64,000 nucleotides of DNA, taken from the human T2T-CHM13v2.0 reference genome, Homo sapiens. The position numbers were made by a program, and so were the translations under genes. Within the stretch, counting starts at the first letter, position 1; each line of letters starts with the position of its first letter. The notes under the pieces are model-generated. The model was given only the letters and a program-made list of their open reading frames with translations. It was not told where the DNA came from and made no database searches. Shown here piece by piece: positions 15,066-28,540 of the stretch. The stretch lies in the NCBI RefSeq assembly GCF_009914755.1, contig NC_060932.1; one strand, written 5' to 3'.

Positions 15066-15859
15066 CATTGATTTATTTAAACCCCACAATAATCCAGTGA
15101 GATGGTACTACTAATATAATTGTATTTCACAGATTTGAGTTGCTGAGAGGTTGATTAGCTTGTCCTTTGGGAAAGTTATTCTGAGAAGTTATCTTGTTTG
15201 GCATCATTAGGACTCAAAACCAGTTCTGTCTCCAAAACCCATGCCAGATTCCCACTCCGCCTTACATTCTCCTTCACTCTTGGAAGTGGAGCCTGGACCT
15301 TTGAAAAGCCACACTTGGCAAGACACTGGTTGAAAACTAAGTCTCTGAACTTAGTTCCAGGAAGTCCTGGTTTCTGCACACCATTTAATACACATAGTAT
15401 CTAGCCCAAATGATTTCAGTTTTTTTTCTTTCACTTTGACCATTAGCTAATTCTAGCATAATTTATGCACCCTAGCTTTGGCCCCTAAAAATATTTCATC
15501 TTGGTAAACTGATGTTATCCTGTGCCTATTCTGTCCTCTAGTCTTCTGTTGTTTTTCTGACTTACTCTCTGGTATTAGTTCTGATGTCTCACTTCTTTCA
15601 TTTTCCATGTTGAAAGACTGGATCAACCAGACAGATTGGAAGGTGTTGATCAGTTGAAGCATGTTTCTGGAGAGGAGACGAGGAATATAGTTGGGTAGAA
15701 GAGTGTCCCAGGCAGAAATGTGTAAATGATATTATATAGAAGTTGCTTAATAATGAGACAATATTGTTTGAATTGAATTAAAGACTTGCAGGCATAAAAC
15801 TGGAATTTTTGCATGGTTATAATAATGGCCTTAGTTCTATGAGGAGCCAGATCTTAATA

Positions 15860-16225
15860 CTTATTCAACAAATATTTCTCGAGTGTCTACCATATGTGCC
15901 AGTTATTGTTCTAAGACTGCAGGAATTTACTAGTAACAAGATATGCAAGTTCACTGTTCTCATGAGGTCCATATTCTGGTGGACTCTGGTGAAGGCTTAT
16001 GCAGGAGCAGTCATAAACATAATAACTAAGTTTTAAGAATTTATATTCATATTCTTTGCAGAAAATAAAATAGAGTAATGTAAGAGTTGCTTAGGTGGGG
16101 GAAGTGAAGCAATTATAGATTGGGGTATCAAATCAAGTTTTTCTGAGAATGTGTCATGACTGCTGAAATTTTAGTGTCTACAAGAAAACAACCTTACAAA
16201 AATCTGGTGGCTGAGCTTCCAGGAA
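15860..16225 (+). mobile_element. L2 3' fragment
   Basis: TTATTCAACAAATATTTCTCGAGTGTCTACCATATGTGCCAG resembles the L2 3' terminus; strand uncertain. Confidence 0.55.
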
Positions 16226-16856
16226 AACTGCCTCACAAGAAAAAGGGAAACTTGTTATCAAAAGTGCTCCCTTTTCCTTCTTGTAAGAGCTCCAATTCCA
16301 GGAAGTAAGTGCTAGATGTTTCTCTAATCACATATGTGATCCATATGTCCCTGAGACATTAGATTTCTAAATTTAATACCCAATTCCTCCTCATTTCAAA
16401 CCCTGACTTTCTTGTTAAGGAATTCAGGCACTTGTAGATTTTTCTTTTCCTGAATATTCTTGGCATCCCTAAAAGGCATATTCAATGCTTTAGGGAATCT
16501 GTTCTGGTTGTTGTTCCCTGTCACTGTTGCTGGATGAGGTGCTGTCATTGCCTTTGCCGCTGGCTGAGTCACTGCTTGCCTTGACAGTTCTGCACTAGCC
16601 TTTGCCCTAAAAGAGATTAGTCATGCAGTGTCTCTTGAGTTAAATTCTGACACTATGGATGCAAGCTAGAGAGCTGTCGGTAATACTACCTACCTCCACT
16701 AAGCTGGAGACTCAGTACAAGTCAACTGAAATGGAGAAGCTTCTTTAATTTTTACATGAATCTGAAAGTATTACAGAGTTTAGTGAGCCAGTTCTTTCAG
16801 TTTTGTTCACAATCCTCTTCTCCTCAGGGAGCACCATACTGCGTGGGTGGCTGAGT

Positions 16857-17275
16857 TGGCAGAAGCTTCTGTAACAACTGTCTAATGGACCTTACTGGCA
16901 GCCAACTCTCTGAATCCTTTTTTGTGTCTAGGGAATCCTTGCCCTCTGTATTTTGGTAAGAGGTCAGAGCCCACTTCCAACTATAAAATTGTAAATTGTT
17001 AACATACTTGCTTTCTCAGCCTCCTTTGAAACTAATGTATAGATACATGCCCTAGGCATGCTAATCAAATGAACCTGATTGGTGTCTGAAGTATAGGATC
17101 TAATGTTCAGTGGTAACAGCATCCTCACAAGACTAGTTTTGTGGTTTAGTTTGAAGCTTTGTTTCTGGCTGCATTGTCCCCAAGCTTTCTAGAATTTCTA
17201 TGAGCTAGTCAATATCCTTAATATCTTCCTTAAATTGGACACAGCAACTTTTGGCTGCTTGTTACATAAGCATGT
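16857..17275 (+). mobile_element. Old ERVL-class LTR remnant (LTR33/LTR16-like); donor of the segment copied into Tigger3
   Basis: CTTGCTTTCTCAGCCTCCTTTGAAACTA...CCTAGG...AATCAAATG and an LTR-type 3' end; heavily diverged. Confidence 0.45.
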
Positions 17276-17289
17276 GAAGAAAAGGGCCA

Positions 17290-17610
17290 AGAAAAAGGCT
17301 AAGAGAAGAGAAGTACTTATTTCTTGTGCGTGGGGGAAAATATTCTCCTCTTCTCTTCAATTGCATATGAACAAAAAAAGCACAGAGTCCTGACTGCCTT
17401 TGGCAGTCATCTTGCAATTGCAAGGGAATCTCTTCCGAGTGAAGCCAATAGGAGGACAGCAGAATGAAGAATGATAAAGCATTTAGATAATATCATTGAG
17501 CCTTTGATTGTACTGTACCCAGAGTCTACTCTGCTTTTGAATTTGAAATTACATGAGATAATATGTTTTCTATTGATAAGCAAGCTTAAGTTAGGATTTT
17601 CTGCTGTAAC
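17290..17610 (+). mobile_element. MLT1 (J/K-like) LTR fragment
   Basis: GGCAGTCATCTTG...GAGTGAAGCCAA...ATCATTGAGCC...AAGTTAGGATTTTCTG motifs. Confidence 0.45.
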
Positions 17611-17778
17611 TATCTATACTACGATAGATACAATAGATACAAATAATAATGGCTAACCTTTATTGAGAATTTAAAATTTTGCAGGAACCTTTAATTTTTT
17701 GACAAATATCAGTTGAGCATCTACATATATTTACTTGTTTAACTGTTATAATAATTCTAATGTTACAACAATGCAGTA

Positions 17779-18340
17779 TAGTCATGTGTCTCATAACAAT
17801 GTTTTGATCATGATGAACTGCATATCTGATGGTGGTACCATAACATCATATTGGAGCTGAAAAATTTCTATCACCTACAGATGTTGTAGCCATTGTAATG
17901 TCATAGCACAACACATTACCTTTTCTATATTTAGAGATGTTTATATATACAGACACCATAGTGTTACAATTACCTATAGTATTTAGTACAGTGACCTGCT
18001 GTATAGGTTTGTAGCACAGGAGCAATAGGCTGTACCATCTAGCCTAGATGTGTAATAAGCCTAGGTGTGGCAGAAGCTCATGTAACAACTCTCTAATGGA
18101 CCCTATTGGTAGCCAACTCTCTGAATCTTTTGCTGTGCCTGGGGAATTTCTGCCCTATGTATCTTGGTAAGAGGTCAGAGCACACTTCCCAATATAAAAT
18201 TGTAAATTTTAATATACTTGCTTTCTCAGCCTCCTTGCTATTTAGGTTTGTGTAAGTACACTCTATGTTTGCACAATGACAAAATCACCTAATGATGCAT
18301 TTATCAGAATGTATACCTGCTGTTAAGTGATGCATAACTG
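17779..18340 (+). mobile_element. Tigger3 (MER7/Golem) non-autonomous TcMar element with an internal insert
   Basis: Terminal inverted repeats TAGTCATGTGTCTCATAAC...GTTAAGTGATGCATAACTG, TA TSD on both sides, diagnostic AGCAATAGGCT..TAGCCTAG..TAGGTTTGTGTAAGTACACTCTATG. Confidence 0.88.
18068..18236 (+). repeat. Dispersed direct duplicate of 16857-17026
   Basis: TGGCAGAAGCT...CTTGCTTTCTCAGCCTCCTT is present at both sites, about 85% identical by eye. Confidence 0.92.
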
Positions 18341-18924
18341 TATTAAGTATGCAGCTGGATGTATATATTTATACATAGACATGTGCATAAATATGGATAT
18401 ATATGTGTATAAATATAGATATAAGCATGTATATGGATATTCATATAGGCATAGGTATGGCTATGGCTGTAAGTATAGATAAAGGTATAAACATAGAGAT
18501 AAAGATTATGCACCTAGGTGACAAATGAGATTTCTATGTTGTCCTGAAATAGCTAAAATCCAAAGCTGAAGATACAAGTTGCTAAGTGTCCCCATGTCCT
18601 AAGAGTATAGCGCACAAGTAGTTAAAGCTACAATATTTTCCAAAATTCTTATCGAGGAGTGCCAGTTCAGAGAACTGGCCCAATCACCAACATCACCCAG
18701 GTACTGTTAGAGGAGGTCTTAAGATAGGATGGTGTGCCCTTTTGGAGAATGCAGTGTTTATGAAGTGTGGCTGTTTCTTTCCCATCACAGCAGTTAACAG
18801 TTTAAACAACATTTATTTTTTCAACCTCATAATCAGGATAGCCTACTACTCAATAGAAGATATTGCCCTGTACCCTGCGTCTCTCACTCAGCCCATTTCA
18901 TCTTTTAATACCACATCCTGAATT

Positions 18925-19455
18925 AGGTAGTATGCTTTGGGGGTATAAATAATAGAAACTATAGCTTAAACTTGCTGAAAAATTAGTAAGAAAATTTTTG
19001 GTTTAATTCTCAGAAAAATCTAGAAATAGGACAGATTTCAGGTTTGGATGATTGCGAGACTTTCTGTTCTCCTTTCTGTGGTGTTAGGTTAATTAGCCTC
19101 ATGGATGTAGAATGGCTGCTAGTAGTAATCAAGCTTATGTGTTTCTCTGGTTAGTCCAGTGAGAAAGAACTTTTGTCTAAATATGCCAACCAAGAGCCCT
19201 GAGATTCATACTGACTAAACTGTTTAAGTCACATGCCCAACAATGTACCAGTGACTTTGGTCAGGGGAATAGATCATGTTTGCTGTCTTAGGTCAACCAA
19301 GGTCTACCCCTGAGGTCTGAGAATCTGAATCAGCTTTACATAAAATATGTAGGTTACATGGGCACGAATATGGATATCCAAATTAAAACCTGAAAGCTGT
19401 TAGGAAGGGAGAATAGAACATGAATGTTGAAAAACAATCAATAATGTTTCCTCCT
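18925..19455 (-). mobile_element. MLT1 (K/J-like) LTR
   Basis: AATAGAAACTATAGCTTAAAC...AAGTCACATGCCCAAC...CCAGTGACTTTGGTCAGGGGAAT...GCTGTTAGGAAGGG motifs. Confidence 0.5.
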
Positions 19456-19899
19456 AGGAAAGTTAATGACCTAATGAGAGGCGATCAATAGTGAGGATCT
19501 ATGTAAACCCTAGGTAAGAGGCAGAAAAATTCGGTATCCCAAATAATAGGTAACAGATGTGCAGCTTTTAGAGAAAGGTTGGGATAGCTTTGAATAATTC
19601 TTTCTCAATTAAGATCTTCTTACCCTTTCACTGGCATCTGTATTCATTTGTGGAAAGTCAGGTTAGGTGGTATCTAGAACAGGTGGAGGAAGGCTATTCC
19701 TTATAGTGATCCATTGGTAGAAGCACTGACTTTATTGTAGCTGCTTAGTGATGAGGAGCATCTGCCCACTGACAACAGTCCAGCTGGAGAAATGGTAATG
19801 TTGGCCCCTGCCTCCAGTTTTCTCTTCCCTAGAAGAGAAGAGACACACTCCGTGGAACAGAAAAGGAAGGAGCACACCACCTAGGCTTATTTCCAAAAG

Positions 19900-20520
19900 C
19901 TGGTTGAATGTTTCTATCTGAATGTTCCATCAGTACTTTAAAGTAATCATGTCTTTAGTGCCGCCTCCTCTCTACCTAGCTATTCCTTCTCCTCTCCACT
20001 TTGGTGATGATATCGCTGCCTACCAGGCCACCCAAAGCCAAAAACTTGGGAATTGTCCTAGATTTCCCTAACTGTATTACTTCCCCTTGTCAGAAGCAAT
20101 CCCTGTCGATTGGTTTCTAAATATCAGCTAAAACTATTTTCTCTTCTAGCATCACCACAAATACATACCTTAGGTATTTACATAAATTGCCTTGGACTCA
20201 TACAGTTAGCTCCAGATTAGTCTCCTAGACACTGGACACCCTTTCTTGACTTTGCTACTAAAGTGAGCATTCTGGAACACAAATCTACATGCATTATAAT
20301 TCATCGCTCAAAATTCTTTATTATTTCAGTCACTTAAGTTGGAGTCTCTACCAATGGAGATAAAATGAAAAACCCTTTATTCTGGCAGCTGGCACACAAG
20401 GACCTTTATAATGTGGCTCCTGCATACCAACTCTAGCCACATCATTTCTTATTTTCTTTTTCTCTCCTCTTAGTCCAGGTCCTGGATCAATCACTTTTCA
20501 TAAATGTGAAATGTCTCCTT
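19900..20520. mobile_element. L2 fragments
   Basis: TGAATGTTCCATCAGTACTTTAAAG...AAAACTTGGGAATTGTCCTAGA...GCTCAAAATTCTT...CACACAAGGACCTTTATAATGTGGCTCCTGC are L2-like blocks. Confidence 0.5.
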
Positions 20521-20587
20521 TCCTTGGTCTGTGCTGCTTCTTTCCTCTTCTCTGAAGACCTCCATTTATAAAGCTCACATTTTAAAT

Positions 20588-20589
<2 letters not shown>

Positions 20590-20618
<29 letters not shown>
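20590..20618. repeat. (TG)n microsatellite
   Basis: Directly visible. Confidence 0.95.
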
Positions 20619-20620
<2 letters not shown>

Positions 20621-22409
20621 ACAAATTTTCCAAGCTTACTTGACATTTCTTCTTCTAGTCTTTTGTAGAGAGTGTGTTAGTCTTTTGTAGAGAGTTTGGT
20701 CTTTGTCACACTGCATTGAAATTGTTTCCATGTTTGTTTCCCCATTCAGTCAGCCAACATTTCTTGAACAACTTTTATGTGTGAAGAATAATTCTAGGTG
20801 CTGGCCACATAAAAGTAAATACTTCATACATATTGACTTCAATCAGCAGTTAGGTAGAGATAGGCATTTAAATCAGTAAAGATAATAAAAGTGTTCTAGA
20901 TGCTCAGATGTGTCTCTCAACAGAGTATCTGATCATAAATAAGCATAAAGAAGAGAGGGGCAATTTTGCTTGGAGTTGGAAATTGTGTGTCAGATCAGAG
21001 CTAGTTAATTTTACATGTGTTATTTCATTTATTCTTTTCACCAACAAAAGATATTTAATGGAGACTGTGGAAAAGATGGCCAATGAGATGCAGCCAGCAG
21101 GTGTCACTCCCACCAAGAGAGACCAAATTATTGAGTAAACCAACATAATTTGGGCAGCTCTTAAGAGAGAAAATGCCAAGAGTGGATGGAGAGATGATGC
21201 TGAAGCTGTAGCTGAAGAAAGAGGAAGCTGGGAACCCTGCATGGGGCACCTGAATGCGAGGGCTAACTCCCAGCCTTGAATGGCTCCTGGGAAAGTGGTG
21301 AGTGAGGGAACTGACGGGTGGCTCACTCTCACTGCAGACATCTGGGATCCTAGCTACAGGGGAGCCCGTATCCCCATGGACATGTGAGCTGGCAGGTGGA
21401 TCACCCCTGGGAGAAGGCAGAGACAGGATTTTGGACAGCAGAGATCCCAGGAGCTTTTGAGTGCTGGGAAGCTCTGATGGAGCATGGTCATAGGTACCTA
21501 TCCCCCAGCGCTCCCAATCCTCTTCTGGGAGGCTCTGGCTCTAGCTGACCACCAAGCCAGGAGAAACTGGGGCTGGCTGCCTCATGGGACTGGGACATGT
21601 CTATTCCATAAGCCCTCCTGCCCACCAGCCTCTCCCAAGGCCCATGTCTAGCCACCTCACAGGACTGGGTACCAAACACAGCCTCTGCAGCCCAATCTGA
21701 ATCCATTGCCCCACCTGAGTATTTTTCTGGTGACCTGAAAGCACATCAGATTCCCCAATGCAGTTGGAGCCCAACCCCAAGCCACAGAACATCCTGGTAC
21801 CCCCAGAGCTGTGGCATGCAGCTTGGGAGTACCAAACTGAGATCTGTGACCAGCAATTAAGTCATGGTGGAGCCCTCACTCTCAGCTCACTGAGATGGGC
21901 AAGACTTGTGGGTTTCTGGGCCAGGGCAGGAGTGGGGCATGTCTTCCTCCACAGGGCTGGCCCAGAAAGGGTGTGGCCTATCTTTCAATTGCAGCCCCTG
22001 CACAAGGGAGCCCCATGGCCCAGAACACCTCACCAAAAAAAAAAAAAATGCAAGTGTGGCACAAGTGATTGGAGGGGACTTCCCCAAGGCCAAGAAGCAG
22101 ACCTGGTGAGGGGGCCATCTCTCTCCCATCCATACACTGGAGAGTATGCCTTTGAATGAAAGGAAGTCCAAAAAGGCTGTGCAACTGGGTAATAGCCTAG
22201 CTACAAACCATTACTTGTAAGCACTGTCTACTGGATCAGAGCTCAAACTATACCATCAAAAATTATTGGGCTAATATGTACACTGTTGAAACCAAGTACA
22301 AGAATTCACTTACATATAACAATTCCTTACAGAGCCCTGGCCTTCTAAAAGTATCCAAAAAAGAAGCCAACTGACTGTACTCAACTTACACCACAATTAA
22401 AGGAACATC

Positions 22410-23420
22410 AGCTCTCCTAGACGAGAAAGAATCAGCACAATAATTTTGACAATTCAGAAAGCCAGAGTGTCACCTTTACCTCCAAAAAGTCCACTTGCTC
22501 TCTAGCAATGGTTCTTAATGAGATTGAAATGTCTAAAATGACAAACAGAGAATTCAGAATCTGGGTAGAAAGGAAGCACATTGAGATCAGAAGGAAGTTG
22601 AAACCCAATCCAAGAAATCCAAAGCATCCAGTAAAATAATCCAAGAGCTGAAATACAAAATAGCTATTTTAAGATAAAACCAAACTGAACTTCTAGAGCT
22701 GAAAAATTCACTACAAGAATTTTATAATACAATTGGAAGTATTAACAGCATAATAAATCAATCTGGGGAAAGAATCTTGAGTTTAAAGACTGGTTCTTCG
22801 GATCAACTCAGACCAAAAAAAAAAAAGAATTTTAAAAAATGAACAATGAACAAACCTCCAAGAAGTATGGGATTATGTAAATAGACAAAATCTATGACTC
22901 ATTGGCATTCCTGAGAGAAAAGGAGAGAGAATAAGCAACTTGGAAAATATATTTGAGGGTAGAGTTGATGAAAATTTATCTAATCTTGCTAGAGAGGTTG
23001 ACATGCAATTCCAAGAAACAGAGAACCCTAACTATATACTATACAAGGAAACCATCCCCAAGGCACATAGTCATCAGACTCACCAAGGGCAATACAAAAG
23101 AAAAAATCTTATAGGCAGCTTGAAATAAGGGTCAATTCATGTACAGAGGGAAACCCATCAGACTGGCAGAAGACCTCTCACCAGAAACTGTACAAGCCAG
23201 AAGAGATGGGGCCTATTTTCAGTGTCCTTAAAAGAAATTCTAACCAAGAATTTTATATCCTACTAAACTAAGATTCATAAGTGAAGGAGAAATAAAATCT
23301 TTCTCAGACAAGCTAATGCTCAGGGGATAATTTCAACTAGACCAGCTTTACAATAAGTCCTCAATGGTATACTAAACATGATATCAAAACAATGGCACTT
23401 GCTACCACAAAAAGACAGTT
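22410..23420 (+). pseudogene. ORF1: L1 ORF1 remnant
   Basis: Coiled-coil/RRM/CTD-like decayed peptides (WDYVNRQNL*LIGIPE, ORF 22940-23128, YPTKLRFISEGEIKSFSDK); boundaries approximate. Confidence 0.75.
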
Positions 23421-23719
23421 AAGCACATAGCCTACAGGCACTATAAAGCAATTATCCAATCAAGTCTGCATAACAACCAGCTAACAACACAATGACAGGA
23501 TCAAAAGCTCACATATCAATACTAACCTTGAATGTAAATGGGCTAATTGTCTCACATAAAAGGCATAGGGTAACAAGCTGGATAAAGACAAGACCCAACC
23601 ATCTACTATCTTCAAGAGATCCATCTCACATGCAATGACACCCACAGGCTCAAAGTAAAGTAATGGAGAAGGATCTACCATGCTAATGGAAATAAAAGAG
23701 CAAAGAGCAGGAGTCACAA

Positions 23720-24023
23720 TTTTTTTTTTTTTTTTTTTTGAGATCAAATCTCACTCTGTCACTAGGCTGGAGTACAGTGGCACAATCTCGGCTCACTGCA
23801 TGCAACCTCTGCCTCCCGGGTTCAAGTGATTCTTCTGCCTCAGCCTCCCTAGTAGCTGGGACTACAGGCGCTCACCACCATGCCTGGCTAATTCTTTTTA
23901 TTTTTAGTAGAGATGGGGTTTCACTATGTTGGCCAGGATGGTCTTGATCTCTTGACCTCGTGATCTACCCGCCTCAGCCTCCCAAAGTGCTGGGATTGCA
24001 GGTGTGAGCCACTGCACCTGGCC
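23720..24023 (-). mobile_element. AluS (Sc-like) inserted in L1 ORF2
   Basis: T-tail plus full Alu antisense; TSD AGGAGTCAC(A/T)ATT. Confidence 0.93.
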
Positions 24024-24289
24024 AGGAGTCACTATTCTTATGTCAGATAAAACAGATTGTAAATGAATAAAAATTAAGGACAAAGAAGTGCTTTACATAA
24101 TGACAAAGGGTACATTCCAACAAGAAGACTTAATTATCCTAAATTTAAACACATCCAACATTGGAGCATACAGGTTCATAAAACAAGTTCTTCTTGGCCT
24201 ACAAAAAGACTTAGATAACCACACAATAATAGTGGGGGAACTTCAACACCCCAGTACAATAATACAAATCAATACCAAGAAAACCTCTC

Positions 24290-24642
<353 letters not shown>

Positions 24643-27600
24643 TTAAATAACTTGCTAATTAATAACTCCTGGGTTAACCTCAAAATTAAGACAAAAATCA
24701 AAAAGTTCTTGAAATTAATGAAAATAGGGAAACAACTTACCAAAATCTCTGTGATGAGCTAAAGCAGTGTTAAGAGAAAAGCTTATGATGCTAAACACTT
24801 CATCAAGAAGTTATAAAGATCTCAAATTAACAATCTAACTTTGCACCTAAAGGAACTAGAGAAAAAGGAACAAACCAACTCCAAAGCTAGCAGAGGAAAG
24901 GAAATAACTGAAATTAGAGAAGAACTGAATGGAATTGAGGTGCAAAAAGCTGCATGAAAGATCAATGAAACCAAGAGTTGATTTCTTGAAAAAACAAGAT
25001 TGGATAGAACAATAGCTAGATTAACAAAAAGAAAGAGAAGATCCAAATAAGTATAATCAGAAATGATAAAGATGACATTACAACCAATCCTGCAGAAATA
25101 CAAAAGATTCTCAGAGAATACTATGAATAACTTTATGCACACAAGTAAGAAAACCTAGATGGAAATATGCGACCTACCAAGATGGAATCAGGAAGAGATT
25201 GAAGCCCTGAATAGACCAAAATTGAGCTCTGAAATTGAATCAGTAATAAAATACCTACTAACCAAAACCACCCCTGGACCAGATGAATTCATAGCTGAAT
25301 TCTACCAGATGTACAGAGAAGAGCTGGTATCAATACTACTAAAACTATTCCAAAAAAATCAAGCAAAAGGGGCTCCTCAACTTATTTTATGAAACCAGCA
25401 CCAGCCTAATCCTAAAATCTGATAGAGGCACACACAGTAAAACAAAAGTTCATGCCAATATCCCTGATGAACATACATGCAAAAAGTCCTCAATATAATA
25501 TTAGCAAACCAAATCCAACAGCACATCATAAAGTTAATACACCATGATCAAGTAGGCTTTATTCCTGAGAGGCAAGTCTGATTCAAAATACACAAATCAA
25601 TAAGTGTGATTCACCACATAATCAGAATTAAAAGAACAATGCGATCATCTCAATGGATGCAAAAAATGCTTTTGATAAAATTCAATATCATTTTATAATA
25701 GAACCCTCAACAGACTAGGCATCAAAGGAATATACCTCAAAATAGTAAGAGCCATTTATGAAATCCCCACAGCCCACATTATACTGAATGAGCCAAAGCT
25801 GTATTTCCCTTGAAAACTGGAACATGTCAAGGATGCCCACTCTCACAACTCTTATTCAACATAATATTGGAAATCCTAGCTACTGCAATCAGGCAAGAGA
25901 AAGAAGGCATCCAAATAGTAAAAGAAGAAATTAAGCTATCTGTCTTCACTGATGATATGATTCTATATCTAGAAAACCCTAAAGACTCTGTGAAAAGGCT
26001 ACTAGAACTGATTAATAATTTTAGCTAGGTTTCAGGATACAAAAGCAATGTACAAAAATCAGTAGCATTTCTATTCACAAGTAATGTCTAGGCTGAGAGT
26101 CCAATCAAGAACGTGATCTCATTTACAATAGCCACAAAGAAAATGAAATACCTAGGAATGCAGCTAACCAAGGAGGTGAAAGGTGTCTACAAGGAGAACT
26201 ACAAAACACTGCTGAAAGAAATCAGAGACGACAGAAATGAAAAAACATTCTATGCTCGTAGATTTGAAAAATCAATATTATTAAAATGGTCATTCTGCCC
26301 AAAGCAATCTACAGATTTAATGTTTTTCTTATTAAACTACTAATGTCATTCTTCACAGTATTAGAAAAAAAAATTCCAAACTTCATATAGAACCAAGAAA
26401 GTGCAAATAGCCAAAGCAATCCTAAGCAAAAAGAACAAAGCTGGAGGCATCACACTACCCTACTTCAAACTATGCTAGGCTACAGTAACCAAAATAGCAT
26501 TGTACTGGTACAGACACTTAGACCAATGGAACACAATAGAGAACCCAGAAATAAAGCTGCACAGCTGCAGCCATCTGATCTTTGACAAAGCTGACAAAAG
26601 CAAGCAATGGGAAAAGGACTCCTTATTTAATCAGTGGTGCTGGGATAACTGGTGAGCCACATGCGGAAGAATGTAACTGGAGTCCTATCTTTACCCATAT
26701 ACAAAAATTAACTCAAGATGGGGTAAAGATTTGAATGTAAGACCTCAAACTATAAAAATCCTAGAAGAAAATCCAGGAAATGCCCTTGTTGACATTGGCG
26801 ATGGCAAAGAATTTTTTATGATGTCCCCAAAAACAACTGCAACAAAAACCAAGAACTGACAAGTGGGACCTAATTAAACTGAAAAGCTTCTGCACAGCAA
26901 AAGAAACTATCAACAGAGTAAACAGACAACAGACAGAATAAGAAAATATTTGCAAACTATGCATCCAACAAAGATCTAATATCCAGAATCTATAAGGAAG
27001 TTAAATAAATCAACAAGCAAAAAACAACCCCATTAACAATAGGCAAAGACATGAATAGATACTTCTGAAAAAGAAGACATACAAGTGACCAAGAAGCATA
27101 TGAAAAAATGTTCATCATCAATCATCATTAGAAAAATGCAAATCAAAAACCACAATGAGATACCATTTCACACCAGTCAGAATGGTTATTATTAAAAAGT
27201 CAAAAAACCACTGCTGGCAAGGTAGCAGAAACAAAGAGTACATTTATACATTGTTGGTGAGAATGCAAATTAATTCGTCCCCTGTGGAAAGCAGTTTGGA
27301 GATTTCTCAGAGAATTTAAAACAGAACCCCCATTTGACCCATTAATTCCATTCTTGGATATATACCTAAAGGAAAATAGGTATATATAAATAAATTATAC
27401 CAAAAAAAACACATTCACTGGTATATTCATTGCCACACTATTTATAATAGCAAAGACATGGAATCGACCTAGGTGCCCATCAATAGTGGATTGGATAAAG
27501 AAAATGTGATATATCTACACCTTGGAATATTACGTGGCCATAAAAAGAACAAAATCATGTCCTTTGCAGCAACATGGATGAAGCTGGACGCTATAATCCT

Positions 27601-27664
27601 AAGCGAATTAATGCAGGAACAGAAAATGCCTACCACATGTTCTCACACATAAGTGGGAGCTAGT

Positions 27665-27890
27665 CGCTTGTTTCCTCATAGCAGTGTCTGGGTTCCAAGG
27701 GTGGGCATCCTAAGATAGAGGGAAGAGCATATTGAAGTTATATCACTTTTTCTCATTGGCCTTGGAAGTCCCTGCATTCTATTCATTAGGAATGCTTCAC
27801 TAAGGCCAGCTCAAATCTGAGTAAAAGGGAATTAGACTTTTGATTGATGCAGTATCAAGGAATATGCCTATGTGATTTAAATCCACTACA
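27665..27890 (-). mobile_element. MLT1 LTR fragment abutting the truncated L1
   Basis: GGGTTCCAAGGGTGGGCATCC...GCCTTGGAAGTC...TGCATTCTATT...CACTAAGGCCAGCTCAAAT...GGGAATTAGACT motifs. Confidence 0.55.
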
Positions 27891-27894
27891 GCAC

Positions 27895-28140
27895 CTAGTA
27901 ATAATAGCTACCACTTATGAAACACTTAAATATAGTGAGCATTATTCTATAGCCTTTACTTCACTCAGTTATTTAATCCTCATGACAATCTTATATTATT
28001 ATACCTATTTAACATATAAGGAAATCTGGATGCAATAAGTTAAGTATTTTACTAAGACCACACTGATAATAAGAAGTGTAATCACTATTGAAGTCCTGAC
28101 AATTTGGCTCCAGGGTCTATGTTCTTAACTGCTATGCTGA
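27895..28140 (-). mobile_element. MIR
   Basis: TATTTAATCCTCATGACAATC...TAAGGAAATCTGGATGCAATAAGTTAAGTA...TGGCTCCAGGGTC core. Confidence 0.6.
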
Positions 28141-28477
28141 GCTGTCTATCTATTGTACTGTCTGGAATATAGAGTAGACCAATATACATTTGTTTAATGG
28201 ATAAATGCTTTGTATTTGGGGCTTCCGTCTATGTAAAGCCATTGCTAGTAAAGCCATTCTTTAAGTGAATGATTTCATATGTCATCCTTCCTCGGATATT
28301 GAATGGGAGATATGCTCCTATACAAGAGAAGAAACAGCAATCATGGATTGCAAGTAAGTGATGAAAGTACCTGTTCAGGGTGCCTTTTGTTGAGGAACTG
28401 CCTTCCTTAGGAGGTACCACATTCTGCTACAGTAACTCAAGAGCCTGGATATCTTCTAAATAAATACATTATAATGG

Positions 28478-28480
<3 letters not shown>

Positions 28481-28534
<54 letters not shown>

Positions 28535-28540
28535 TGTGTG
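28481..28540. repeat. Compound (TC)n(TG)n microsatellite
   Basis: Directly visible. Confidence 0.95.
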
